Assembly: GCF_030684315.1 (NCBI RefSeq)
Contig: NC_081373.1
Coordinates: 40,525,989 to 40,589,988 of the forward strand
DNA: 64,000 bases
Source: Stegostoma tigrinum
Lineage: Eukaryota
Direction: 5' to 3'
A program made the position numbers and the translations under genes. The notes below the pieces were generated by a model that ran no database searches, was not told where the DNA came from, and saw nothing but the letters and a program-made list of their open reading frames with translations. Shown here in pieces: positions 26,529 to 40,504 of this stretch. Every line of letters begins with the position of its first letter. Position 1 is the stretch's first letter.

Positions 26529-28546
26529 TCTCATAGGTAATACCCATTCTGGCACTCGAAAGCCCACATTACATGTATGAATCACATTGGGTTCCATTTC
26601 TTTAAAGACCAAATTGTCTTGAAGTCCAACAAAAATAAAATTTGAAGGCAATATGAAACAAGCTGATTGCTCACTATCACAACTTTCACGGAAGTCTTGT
26701 GACTCAGCAGGTAATAAATCTGCTTGTAAACCAGAGTTCAAATTCCACATTAGAACATGTTGGACAGAGAAGGAGCAATCATGACACAGTTTGAACAGGT
26801 TGATATTCAGCCTCTAATATTTCCAATGCTCCTGTTATTCACAAAAGGGAATATGTGTATGCAAGGATAGGAAACCAACAAACATATTTTACATATTGAC
26901 AGTGGAAAAGTGTAACATGAACTTGCTGGATAAACGTTAAAATAAAAAATACTTGGTATGTTTTGAATATATCCATAAATTATTGCATTTATGGCTAGAA
27001 ATTAATAGACAACTTCATAATTGATTTATACAATATTCAGCTGTTTAATATTCTAATATTCCAAGCTTTAATCTGTTTGAATATTGCACATTTTACGTAT
27101 TCAGTGACATTTCACTGAGTCATTCCTAGTCTCTGTCTTTTATTTAGGCAGTTAATAATCAGAAATCATCTTAATTTTTATCATTCGTGAGTGAACTCGA
27201 TTTTAAAATATCCATGTCTGAGTTACTTTATTGTTATTCTAGCGGTGCATACTTTGCTGACCCTGAGCTACATTTAAGATAAAATCCTCACTGCTGGTCT
27301 GACCTCTTTGATTTCTGTTGATACTCAGGGCCTGCGGTCATCGAAGTCTTTAAAATCTTTTTAGTACTTTGAGGGGCGTTTCCGACGTTATCGCTTTTTA
27401 AACACCAAACTAAAATGAATCCTCCTCCACCCATTGTACAACCTGGGCACCTCTGAAATTGATAATGATGCACTTGCACAAGATGGCAAAGAACATGATT
27501 TCAGAGGAATCATAAACATGGGTCTAGTTTATATCAGTATTCTGTGATAGCAAGCATTTCAAGGTGGTATAATGAGTTTTTGCTGTGTTCTAAGCAAAAA
27601 AAAGGGAAATGGGGATCTGATTAAAATGGAAACCTAGTTAATGGTTGTAATATGCTCATGGGCATCCAAACCAGCAAGGCAGACTGTAACAATCATTATG
27701 TGTCAGCAAAAAGATGGATTAGTTCTCAAATAAATGTTATTTTTATTTACTAGCTGATAAATTCTGTCCTTTCATGCTCAACATTTCTATCCGATAAGTT
27801 AGAGTAGAAACCAGGATTAGTTGTTTGTGATGCCACTGTGATCAATTAGTCGTTTTTTTCTGGGCTCTCCCTTTGATTGTTCAATTTAAATCAACAAATG
27901 TAGACTATTAATGTAGCAGGGTCACAAACATTCAACATCCTAGCTAATAAAATTAATTAAATTCATTTTAACAGATAATAATTTACTTTTTATGGATTGC
28001 ACCTAGTATAAGACTGAAAGGTGAAGTAGAGAAGTACATACCATGTCATTATTCAAGGTCTACAAGTCCCAAAGCAATCAAGGACTTAAAACATGTTAGT
28101 ACTTCATTCCTTGGCCATCTGTTGTGTCATCTTATAGATATTTTCTCCTTTGTTGCCTTTGCAAAATAAAAGTGATCCAAAAATAGGATGTCAAGATGAG
28201 CTGACTGGGCAATCTGTATACCTAGCAACTGTCCCAATTTTTGCAACAATCTCCAAATTTATTGAACCACCTCCATAAGTCTTTTGTACTTCGAAATAAA
28301 GTCTTATTTGTCAATTTCTGTAATGTCTGCATGGAAAAAGTCTGGCTATTCATGAAGATCTAAGTTAAGGAAACTCTCAGGGACCATTTAAGTGCCCCAG
28401 AGATTCCCAGTTTGCAGTGTAGCATGATCTGTACGTCAGTGACGTTTATCATACACTTTAAAACAACTTGTGTGTCTGGATCAACTGAACGAAAATAAAG
28501 TGGAGGAAAAAGCGAAGAAATAAGAAAGCAAAGAGGCAGAGAAAAG

Positions 28547-28772
28547 GGATATTGGGAACTGCAGATGCTGGAGAATCCAAGATAACAAAGTGTGAAGCTG
28601 GATGAACACAGCAGGCCAAGGAGCATCTCAGGAGCACAAAAGCTGATGTTTCGGGCCCAGACCCTTCATCAGAGCCTCTCTGATGAAGGGTCTGGGCCCA
28701 AAACGTCAGCTTTTGTGCTCCTGAGATGCTCCTTGGCCTGCTGTGTTCATCCAGCTACACACTTTGTTTTCT
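28547..28772. mobile_element. Palindromic PLE-terminal mini-element centred on two opposed hammerhead motifs
   Basis: About 95-bp inverted arms meeting at cttcatcagag-cct-ctctgatgaag; TSD aggcagagaaaag at 28534-28546 and 28773-28785. Confidence 0.9.
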
Positions 28773-31700
28773 AGGCAGAGAAAAGATATTTGTCAAAACA
28801 ATATGGTAAAGAAAAACATAAACAGAATCAAATGTAAAGTCAATCATGACATTTTTGAAGGGAGACTGAATAGTTGGCAAACAGAAAGAAATCTGTGTAA
28901 AGAAATAAGATGGACGACAAAGGTAAACAAAGAGGAAACAAAAGGAAGAATTGAGAGTGAGATTTTAAGCCTGCAAACAGCTGGTAAAATTGCAAGGGTG
29001 ATGGGGGGACAGATCAATGTGTGAATACAGAATTGAATAAGAAAACATAGGCGAGGAAGTTAAAGCCTATGAAAGAATATATAAATATAATGTATAAAGG
29101 AAATTATAAGATTTTTCCCAACTCCCACCTGTCTGAATTCACCACATTCTGCACATTCACCTGCTGAGAACGTCAGAAGGTGAACTAGTCCGAGTTTCAG
29201 TTTGTTACTCTGTATCTAAGCTTTTGGATGTAATTGTACATTGAAACATTTTGACTTTTATGGGGTTTGATATAATACTACCTGCCTGGCATAAAATTGG
29301 TGGTAAGCTGTTAAAGATCTTATATTCCTACAGAAAGTCTAATCTTCACAAGCCATTTGCACAGTTAACCTTCAGGCTTTTGCATTCAGATGAAACACCC
29401 ACCTAATGCAAACGAAGTCATCTCATAAATCTTTGCAAATTATAATCCCAATATTTATATGGCTCCCCAATACAATTTTAACTGGGGTCTAAGTTACGCT
29501 GGAATAGAAGTGGGCCATTCAGTCCCTCAAGCCTGTTCCACCATTCAATGAGATCACGGCTGACCTGTGGCCTAACTCCTCTGGTCCATATCCCTTCATA
29601 CATTTGCTTAACAAAACTTTAAATCTGAGGTAGATTAATTTAACAGCAGGTCCTGCATCCACTGCTGTTTGTGGAAGAGAGTTCTAAACACCTCCTGCCC
29701 TTTGTGTCTAGCAAAACTACTTGATAGCCTATGCGCCATGTCTAAAATTTGTGTGGTCAGGCAGAGTGCGAGTGGTCTTCTGGGCCAGATGAGGAAGTTT
29801 GTGATTTCCTTGCCTATGTACTCTCCTCCCTTACTACGCCTGAACCCTCTGAACCCTTGCCCTATCAATTACTTGGAAGATGGGCAACAACGCTTTGCTT
29901 ACTATAGAAACACATCAAGTGGACATCCCAGTGGCTACTAAATGAGATCTTCTCAACCTGTCAGAACTAAAGGCCCTTAAACTGGCAATTAATGGCCTCA
30001 ACTCACCAACTGCCTGATGACATGCCATCCTGGTGAATGAGAAAGTTAGCCAGCTTCCCAGACCAACCCTCCTGTGGAGATAGGGGTGGCCTCTAATCTG
30101 GGAGCAGTTGGAGCCTTGGATGGAGTGGTGGCAGCAGTGGTTAAGGAGGTGGCCTCTGAAAGCAACCCTTATGTTCTTGCCTCTAATATACTCTCTCCAA
30201 AAACTTGACCCTGCAGAAGCCTATAAAAATGACTTCCCTCTTGTCACCAGATCCTTTAAGAAGTAGGCCTTAACACCCAGGACCTGTAGGCCTTTGATGT
30301 ACTACCAGCTTCTGATAACCCAGCAAGCCAGTCTTAAAACCTGCAATAGGTAGAGAACCGTGCCTATGCTCTGCCAACAGCTCTGGATGTGCTGAATGGC
30401 ATGTGGCACATGGAGTTTTCTTGACATTGGCATATATCATATTGGCATATAAATCATCACCCAACAGACCAGCCTCTGCACTTAAAATAGTGGGAAAATC
30501 AACGTCATTGTCTCTGTGAGCAAGCGCTCATTGTGTACTTGATGTCTGCCCACAATGGTCTATATGGAGTTTATGATGTTGTGCATACAGGGCAGCCAAG
30601 CAATGTTTGGGATCATGTCTGCCAACAATCCTCTTTTCTGGATGAAAATTGACAAATAGGTATTTTCCTGAATCAACCTGTTCATAGATGTTATTATATA
30701 CCTCTGGAGCAGTTAGGACCTGAATCCAAGACACTTGGTCTACAGGTAGGCACAATACGACTACAACACTTAAGGTCTAAGGGCTTATTTGGTTAACAGT
30801 GGTGGAGAACAAACACTATTAACTCTAAATGGGAAGTGTCACTTGTCTTACAAGATGCAATCTATTACTTGGTGGTAATAAATACAAATTACATTGGCTA
30901 GTTAGACAGCAATGTTATCCATCACGATCTTGAGCTAGACTTCTATTTTCCTTACCCAAAACTGTTATCATCAGACTGAGTGGAGCTTAATGCAGTCTCC
31001 AACATTCACCTTTTCATACTTGTTAACTTATACAATATGTAATTCCCAATATGTAAAATTATTGTCACATTCCTATAACTTGGGATGGCCAAATAAATTA
31101 GCAAAGGGAATTCCGTCAAAAGATAATGAATACCTTCTAATGTCAGAGGTGCAGGAAAACACTAGAGTGTCATCTTTGATTTTTGTGTTCAAGCCCAGGA
31201 CAGAGTCTTGAACATACACAAATGTGTGGCAGTGAAACATTTCAAATTATTAACAGGTTTCTCAACTTAGGGGTCCTTTCCTCAGTTGAGGGTCATCCAC
31301 AACAAGGGAACAAAGTTTCTGGGGCTGGTCATTTAGGACAATGATGAAAAGAAATTTCTTCACTCAGAGGGGCGTGAGCCTTGCACAACTCCAGCATTGA
31401 GGATACACCATTATAGAACATAGAACAGTACAGCAACAGAACAAACCCTTTGGCCCACTATGTCTGCACTCACAATGGTGCCATTTGAAACTAAGCCTAT
31501 CTGCCTGTGCCTGGTCCTTATTCCCATTTTCCCTGCCTGTTCATGTGTCTGTCTAAATGCCTCTTAAGCATAGCCATCATATCTGCTTCTACCAACTCGT
31601 CTGGCTATTTAGGGTTTAGATGGACAGATTGTTTTGTCAGGATTTGATTGGGAATCAAGGGATTTTGGGAATGGGGGTGGGAGCAAAGTGAAGTTGATTC

Positions 31701-32157
31701 TGAGGTTTGTCATGATCACTTTGAGAGGTAGGGCAGACCTGATAGGCATATGGCCTTCTCCAACTCCTGTTTCTTATGTTCCTATATTTGGCAATTGATC
31801 TATGTCTGGCAGTGCAGCTCAGGTACTCAATCAATCAATGTGGCTGGCTGCATTACAATTATTTACATCAAATTATTTGATGTCGCTGTCTGCCTTATGT
31901 AGATTTTTACCGTTGTTTCAATTCATGCCCAGCTGTTAAAAATTGCCAATTTTACTGGGATTGCTCGTTCTGTAAATCTGACTGGCAGTCTGAAAATGTA
32001 ATTTACTCTGGTGTTTGAACCAGACGAGCTGGAAGGAGGGAAGCACCAATTGAGAAAAGATACATTTCATGAGCCATTAATGTGTTTATTGACTGTGATG
32101 CGAGAGTGCTTGGGATCTACTGGTTAATAACAAGTTCCAAAGGAAGAGAGGTATCTA

Positions 32158-32613
<456 letters not shown>

Positions 32614-33704
32614 TTAATGTGTGAAGAAAGTTATACCTGTACATGACCTTCAGTTCAACATTTTTACCGCAGCTGTCAAGCCAGTGAAACTCATTTTTTT
32701 CCTCCATACTTGTGACAGTTCACATTTTGTGATTTCACAAAACAGTGAAAAGAAGAAATGGTTTTCGAAAAACATCCCAAGTGACAAATCTCATCTTCCA
32801 AATAGAAGGCCAGTGCTGCAGTATCAAGCCATCCTAATTGCCAATGCTAAATCCTTTCAAGATGTTAGTTCCTATGACAAGGTTACGATGCAAACAGTCA
32901 ACCTGTGCCTCCTTCACTTTATCATTGGTTTCCAGACCTGCAGAGGACTGTCACACTCTGAGCTGACTGCAAAAAGGCATTGTTTTTCACAGCAATGCAG
33001 TTTGAGCAAAGAGCACAATGGTGAGATTTCTGCAGTTCAGATGCAATATGAATAAAATAGTTTCACCTCACTTAATCTTAAATCTATTTATAGTAACTAT
33101 ATAATCAGGCATGAAAACTCATGAGTGAATTAAATGGTGGATGTAAAATTTCCTAGAATTAAAGGTAAAATAATTTTCAATACGTATCCATGAACACTAT
33201 CCATATAATTAACATCTTGAGGTTTGGTGAAAGAATATTGAGTTGCAATTAGATTAGAGTCTATGTTTTTTAAAACCTGAAAAGTACTTTTGAATAATAA
33301 AAACAGAATATGTTGGAGAAACTCAGCAGATTTGACAGTGTCTGTGGAGACAGAAACAGTCAATATTTTGAAACAACGATTCTTCTTTGGAGCTTCACTT
33401 TAGGATGCTTTTCTATAGTGAGGAGCTACAAATTGCTATGATATATAAATCCTGTTGATGGCTCAACACACTCACAAGAATAATGGGCAAAATGAATTCC
33501 TTCTGTGTTGTAAATTATATCATCTCTGATTCTCATGTCCTTTAACTTTTATACACAGACAAGAATGGTATAGAATGTAGTCTGCCAGAATGAACATGAA
33601 CAACACCAAAAGAGAGAATGGAAATTGGAAAGAAAAAAACCTACATTCTATTTATAAAGTGTACATTCTTATAAAGGACAAATAACATGATGCTTTGAGC
33701 TTTA

Positions 33705-33900
33705 ACTTGGTGATGGCTAGTCGGCAATGCAGAATGATGCCAACAGCACAGATTCAATTCCTGCATTGGCTGAGGTCACCATGAAGATCCCATTTCCTCA
33801 ACCTTGCCTGAGATGTGTTGACCGTCAGCTTGAAACACCACCAACCATCTCTTACTAATGGGAGAACACCCTTATCGTTCTCTAGGACTTTGGGAACTTA
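33705..33900 (+). mobile_element. Degenerate tRNA-derived SINE
   Basis: A-box-like start and B-box-like gattcaattcc. Confidence 0.45.
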
Positions 33901-34130
33901 CCTCTCTTTGGTTTCAAATTGGGACCATACAATATGAAAACAAACTATCAGCAAGAACAATGTAAGTGAACAGCTAAAATGGTGTAAAATTTGCCTACGA
34001 CTGGCTTCCTATTGGAAACCCATTGACTATGGCTTATTTTTACAGTGGAGCTGATCAATAATAAACTTCCTCAGCAAAAAGCAATGGAATTAGTTTCATA
34101 AATCTGATGTGACTGCTATCTGAAGCTGGG

Positions 34131-34478
34131 GGAGGCAATGGGTTCGTGGTATTATCACTGGGCTGTTAATCCAGAGACCCAGATAATATTCTGGGGACCC
34201 AGGTTCAAATCCTGTTTTGGCAGACAGTGGAATTTGAATTCAATAAAATATCTGAATTGAGATTCCAATGACAACCATGAATCAATTGTCAGTAAAGACA
34301 ATCTGGTTCACTAATGTCCTTTAGGGAAGGAAACTGCCATCCTTACCTGGTCTGGCCTACATGTGACACCAGACCCACAGCAATGTGTTTGACTCTGAAC
34401 AGCCCTCCAGGCACTTAGCAATAGGCAATAAATGGCTGCCTAGCCAACCACATGCTCATCCATTAATGAATAACGGGA
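34131..34478 (+). mobile_element. tRNA-derived SINE (same family as 56045-56270 + and 61065-61412 -)
   Basis: B box ggttcaaatcc; shared core tctggttcactaatgtcctttagggaaggaa...cctggtctggcctaca; LINE-like tail ggcaataaatg...aatgaataa. Confidence 0.75.
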
Positions 34479-34499
34479 AAAAATTAGAATCTGTGTTCA

Positions 34500-34592
34500 A
34501 GATAACAAAGTGTGAAGCTGGATGAACACAGCAGGCCAAGCAGCATCTCAGGAGCTCAAAAGCTGACGTTTCGGGCCTAGACCCTTCATCAG
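34500..34592 (-). mobile_element. 93-bp solo PLE terminal insertion ending at the hammerhead core
   Basis: TSD agaatctgtgttca at 34486-34499 and 34593-34606. Confidence 0.88.
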
Positions 34593-34594
34593 AG
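34563..34594 (-). ncRNA. Minimal hammerhead ribozyme motif (intact core)
   Basis: Identical CUGAUGAAGGGUCUAGGCCCGAAACGUC on the minus strand. Confidence 0.78.
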
Positions 34595-36539
34595 AATCTG
34601 TGTTCAGTTGTGATTAATGCATTTCTAAGATAGATTTGAGCTTCTTTGCTACTTTCTGATTATTTCCATCCTAAACACTCACTATTTAATATGAGCATCT
34701 TCTTGGTTTCACTTATTTGGACAGATGAAGAATTGGAAGAGGAGGAACAGCTGCTTTAGAACTGGGGCTTGAAGCAAGTGGGCCTCTTAAAAGGCTGCGG
34801 CTAAGGGGAGCTGGTCACAGCTCATCTTACTTTCTACCCACATTGTCTATAGGCTAAGAGGTATGTTCCTGGATATTTCTGAGACGTAGTGCTCAAGGAT
34901 GCTGCAATTTTGCAGGGAGGCATTGCCAATCTTTGCAATCTGTCATAACAGGACTTGTTACCAAATATAATATTATCATATGTGCTTTGCCCAAAGGGAA
35001 GTCTTTGACTCAATGTAGTCTTTCCATAGATCTCCATGCTATACCTTGAAAATAGCTTCCTTCAATGTTCAAGCCAGCCAGCATTAATATTCTCCTCCTT
35101 CATCATCTTTTTCATTGAAATCTTTCCACCATAACGTCTCTTACAGGTCTGTTTCCTTCAAAATGTGCCCTGCCTAGTCTCCCTCCTTCTCCTAATTGCG
35201 TTCATTTCAACATTTGTTACTTTTGTGGAAGCAGATCCTTTCCAATCTCTTCCAATCACACATTTCAAAGCTATTTAATTACATGTTTTCCTCCTTCTGC
35301 AAGCTCTAGTCTTAGATCCATCGAAAAATAACACTCCGACTCAGGGGGTCTACATGTAGCTTTTTCAAATTGTCTATTCAACTTTCTGATTAGCAACTGC
35401 CTCTTACTAAATATCATTTTATCCATTGTTATCTTTGATCTTACTTGTTTATTGCATCTTCCATCTGCAGAGACTATGCTTCAAAAATACTTCAATTCTT
35501 GCACCTGTCCCAGTTCTCTTCCTCCCATGAATATATGAATATTTCTTGTTGATTTAACACTTACATTATTTTGGTTTTGCTAAGGCTCATTTTCATTCCA
35601 AAGGTCTTGCCTGCTGTTACTCGTCTATCCTTTCCCTGTGCTTGCTTCAAGCACTTTGTCATTAGCAAATCTAATTGAAGTTATCATTTGCTCCCCTTCC
35701 CCAATCTTAAAACTAGTTTTCAAATGCTTCTTTGATCTGTGCTTCTGCAGAGACATTCAAGATGACTGGTGACAAACAACACCTATCAAACACACTTGCA
35801 ATTAGAACACGGTTCCGACTCCCCATTGCCTACACTCACTGTTGCTGTTTGTCCCATGCATGGATTTAGTGACTCATCTCTCTCTCCGTATTGTTCCAAA
35901 GTATTTCTGCTAAGACAATGGCTGTAAATTCACCACTGTCTTTAAGCTTTTTATAATGGGTTCTTGTCAGGCTGTTATAATGGGACATCACCTGTTCATT
36001 TTTATTTATTCAGTGGATGAGGAGGCTCACTGATCAGGCCAGGATTTTATTATCCACCCTTAGGTGAGAAAGTGATAATGAGCTGCTTTGTTGAAACATT
36101 GTAGTCCTGTTATGGAGGGAGTTTCAGGAATTTGACCCAGCAGCATTGAAGGACTGGCAATGTATTTCAAAGTCAGGATGGTTTGTGGCTTGGAATCATC
36201 ATCAAGGCACCAGAGGAGGTCCAGCTCAGCTGTGCAGGCGACATTTCCACACCATCAGTGTCTGGCTGGTGCCTGACCATTGATAAAGTGGATATTGTCA
36301 TGTTCACCAATTTCACAGGCAACAAAATTCAGCCATTGAGTAGTGTGGCTCTCATTGGCTGGGCACTGAAATCATTAAAATGAGCAGAAAACTACGCAAA
36401 ATTAGTTTGTTTCCTTGGTCCAAACATCATTTTAGGATGAACATCTCATTGTGATCATGGCACCTATTTTCATGAGATAATGAATTTAGCATTCGAATCT
36501 GTCATTAAATCATAAACCTATGGAGCATATTTAGGGCTG

Positions 36540-37250
36540 GTGATTTCTGAGGGCAGCCAAGAACAGAATCTATGACTAAGCCAATAAAAAAGGAACAGCT
36601 ACATTGGTCAGTGAAGTGTTTAGGTCACTAACTAGTGGGAAAGAAGTAGAACAAGTTAGCAAGGAAATCACAGAGAGAGAGGTGCACGTTACAGAATAGT
36701 TAAAATGGGGGACTTTAATTATCTAAATATAGACTTGGATAATAGCATAAACAATGAAAGAGAGTCAATAGTTCCTAGAGTGTGTTGAGAAGCAATTTCT
36801 ACAGCAGCAAGCTTCCAGTCCAATGTGAAAAGAGGCATTGCTGAACTTGGCATTTGTGAATCAGGTGAGTCAAATAGTCAAGTATCAGTACACAAATATG
36901 TTGAACATAGTGATAATTTTATAATAAGGTTTATGATAGAAATTGACAAGGAACAATCCGATGCACAACAGCAGGGTGTAAGCGAAGAAACTGTTTAGGC
37001 ACAGTCAAGTTGAAAGCCCATGGAGCGAACAGCTAAGGCAAACAAATACAGAGACATGTGGGTGAAAAAGATATAAACATGAAGATGAATATGAAAAGTA
37101 TACTAAGATTAAATGGATTTTAAAGGTATTTGGAGAAAGCAAGAACAGGGTAATGAATTGGCTGATCAACCATGATCATGTTGATTTGCAGAGCTAGCTT
37201 GAAGAGCAAAATAGCCTCCTTCTGCTCCTATTTCTATCTTTATGTAGATA
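36540..37250 (+). repeat. Decayed CR1 endonuclease fragment with a close paralogue at ~40850-41088 plus 42305-42690
   Basis: Long shared strings such as gtcactaactagtgggaaa and catttgtgaatcaggtgagtcaaatagtcaagtatcagtaca in both copies. Confidence 0.75.
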
Positions 37251-37807
37251 CTAGCAGTTCTGCAGCACCATGAGCATGTGTGACTGTTGATATTTCATTG
37301 TTTCATATTTCCTATGCAAGGAATCTGCAATGAGAGAGAGGTGAATGTGGACAGGACAGGTGTGGCAAGGTGGGGTATTTGCAAGTGTGGACAGTAGGGT
37401 GTCAAGAGCAGAGAGGTGGCATCCTATGGCCTTCCCCTTTCCGATGTCAGATCCCACAATCAAGCACATAACCCTAAAAGACCACAAGAAAACTAAACAG
37501 TGTTTATTGGTCAGCCTCCTTGGACAGTGAGCTCCCCACCACTGCTGGTTGAATGGGATAGAGTGAAGCTCTTAAATTGCCACTTAAGGTGTTGTACCAC
37601 TGAGCAGAAAGGTAGCCCAAAAGGCTTTCTGACCTGACTTAACAGGGCGAAGGCATTGGGATCTCTCAGTCAATTACAATGCATCCCTCTACCAACGCAC
37701 CTTGGCAGAGGACATTAGATTGCACTTAACACTTAAATACACCTATAAGGCATATTCTCAGTAGCAAAGCTGGTGCAAGATTGATGATCACTTTGTGTAA
37801 TGATTGG

Positions 37808-38118
37808 TTAGATTCCCTACAGTGTGGCATCAGGCCCTTCAGCCCAACAAGTCCACATCACCCCTTGAAGCATCCCACCCAGACCCATCTGTCTATAACC
37901 CACATACCCCTGAACACTACAGGCAATTTAGCATGGCCGATCCACCTAGCCTGCACATCTTTGGACCGTGGGAGGAAACCGGAGCACGCGGAGGAAACCC
38001 ACGCAGACACGGGGAGAACGTGCAAACTCCACACAGACAATCACCTGAGGCAGGAATTGAACCCGGGTCCCTGGTGCTGTGAGGCTGCAGTGCTAACCAC
38101 TGAGCCACCGTGCCGCCC
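37808..38118 (-). mobile_element. HE1-type tRNA-derived SINE, near full length
   Basis: gggcggcacggtggctcagtggttagcac (A box), gggttcaattcc (B box), V-domain tgtgtggagtttgcacgttctccccgtgtctgcgtgggtttcctcc, CR1/HER1-like tail. Confidence 0.9.
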
Positions 38119-38627
38119 CAAGACTTTTCACATTTCCTAAGCCTTTGAGGGTGCCATGAAGAAGTCTGCTACGAAATTGAAGTTGTTTCACTGTGATTTG
38201 AGTGGGAAAACTGCACTTGAAATTTTGATGAAGCCTAGGGGGTAAAATGCCCAAGTCTGTTTTCTGTACCAGGAGGTAAGATCTTTATTGAAGTCACGTT
38301 ACCCACCTTTGACCCAGAACAAGCCTGGAGTTAAAATCAGAGCTAATATAATTCTTCCTTTTGCTAATTAGATTCAAAGGTTGAATCTCAAGGTAAATTA
38401 ACTTTTATTCTTAATATAATTGCAATTATAAATCTGTTCTATCTTTAATCACTTGAACAAACCTTCCTGATGCGTAGCTGATTTTTTGGCTAATTTTTAA
38501 CTTGTGGTGGCTCTTGTTTTTCCATTAGATGTTGCTATTCGCATAAAATCAATGACATATACAGAGGATAACTTTAATTACAGTGGCTTAACAATAAGCA
38601 ACTTGATCGATCAGAGTTGATATCTAC

Positions 38628-38727
38628 CCGAATGTCCAGCTTATTGACTATCTTACGAAGAAAGCTTTCATCCGTGGTTTCTGGGCAGCTGATCAAAAAG
38701 TCCACATCATGGCCAGTCTCCTTACCT
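38628..38727 (-). CDS. DNTT: Terminal deoxynucleotidyl transferase, internal exon (equivalent to human exon 8), catalytic HDVD motif
   Basis: Minus strand ttattacag|A GGT AAG GAG ACT GGC CAT GAT GTG GAC...ATT CGG|gtagat; 100 bp; translates (R)GKETGHDVDFLISCPETTDESFLRKIVNKLDIR, matching the family-X GHDVDFLI motif; ends in phase 0, in frame with the next exon. Confidence 0.93.
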
Positions 38728-39504
38728 CTGTAATAACAAAAAGATCAAAAGTAAGAGTTGCAAGTAATCAGCTATATAATTTTAACACAGATAATCTTCA
38801 TGAATGAAATAATCTTAAATGCTTCTCCAAAAACAATAAATGGAGCAACATTGAGTTCACTATTTGGAACCAAGAAATTTCAAGAGTTTTTGCGCTCAGT
38901 AATGACTTTGTGTGAATAGACAACTGATCATTGATACAATGATGAAACACAGCCGTTATCTTAAAACTAAGTGTTCTACCTTTCATCCCAATGGACACAG
39001 TTCAGATGTTTCAACTGATATGAGAAACTCATATGAGTAATATTACTTGTCATGAATCTGATTCAGTTGTGTCATAAAGCATGAGCAATATCAACAACAC
39101 ACTGAACATTAGCAAGCTCTGCTGCCTACTTTCTCCACAAGCTATGTCACAATTGTGGCATGATTATAAAATAAAATGCTACAGACTTCAATGTCTCAAA
39201 CTGTGACACTGATATGAAAAGCATTATCAAGAGAGAGACAAAATCAATAACATCACAACAACACTGCTTCCCCATCTTTCCATGATGTTGAAATTAAATT
39301 ATTTAGACTGACCGTTAAATGAATTTATCACTAGGATTTATCATTTGCATTTTTTGAACACTTATCTTTTACTGTTGATAAATTTGTTAAATTTCAACAT
39401 TTCAATACATTTACAAAAACAGGTTTTTTGACTCAATGCATCTATACCAACATTTAAGCTTCACACTGGCCTCCTCTCTAGCTTTTTCATCTAATAGTTC
39501 CTTG

Positions 39505-40485
39505 GGTGTGGACTCACAGGTAGACAGTGTAGTGAAGACAATGTTTGGCACGCTTGCATTCATTTGTAAGGTTATTGAGAATACGGGTTAGGATGTCATA
39601 GAACATAGAACTTTACAGCGCAGTACAGGCCCTTCGGCCCTTGAAGTTGCACTGACCTGTGAAACCAATCTGAAGCCCATCTAACCAACACTATTCCATT
39701 ATCATCCAAATGTTTATCCCATGACCATTTAAATGCCCTTAAAGTTGGCCAGTCTACTACAGTTGCAGGCAGGGCATTCCAGTTGGTACATCACTCATAA
39801 GACCAGGAAGAAATTCTGCAATGCAACTATATCCCAGTTAATCTGTTCCTCAGCTCTAGTTCTGGACCTTCTCCACAACATTTTATCTGATAGCAGCTTC
39901 ATTCATGTTGTGGCTGTATAGGACATTGGTGAAGCACTGTTATAATACTGTGTAAAATTCAGGGCATCCTTCTTTCGGAAGGATGTTGTTAAACTTGAGA
40001 AGATGCAGAAAAGATTCACAAGAATGTTGCCAGGACTGGAGGGTTTGAGTTATAGGGAGAGGCTGAATATGCTGGGACTTTCTTTTCCCCTGGAGAGACA
40101 GAGCCTGAGTGGTGACCCTTATAGAGGTTTATAAAATCATGAGGGGCATAGACAAGGTGAGGAGCAAAGGTCTTTTCCTAGTGTGGGGGAATCCAGAACT
40201 ACATGACATAAGTTTAAGGTGAGGGGAAAGGTTCATAAAAGGACCCGAGAGGCATCTTTTTAATGCAGAGGATGGTGCATGTAGGAAACAAGCTACCATA
40301 GGAGGTGGTGGAGGCTGGTACAATTACAACATTTACAAAGTATCTGGATGGGTATATGAATAGGAAGCGTTTAGAGGGATATGGGCCAAATACTGGCAAA
40401 TGGATCTAGGTCAGATTGGGATATCTGGTTGATGTGAATGAGTTAGACTGGAGGATCGGTTTCCATGCAGTATGACCCTACAATC
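39505..40485 (+). mobile_element. CR1 LINE 3' portion with an inverted CR1 3' fragment nested at ~39598-39800
   Basis: RKDVVKLE.MQKRFTRMLPGLEGLSYRERL, EVYKIMRGID.V; 3' UTR. Confidence 0.75.
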
Positions 40486-40504
40486 CCAACAAGTTTCAAC
40501 ATAG

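Noticed and set aside
38040-38118. tRNA gene
   Set aside because: A/B boxes belong to a SINE head continuous with the V-domain and LINE-derived tail
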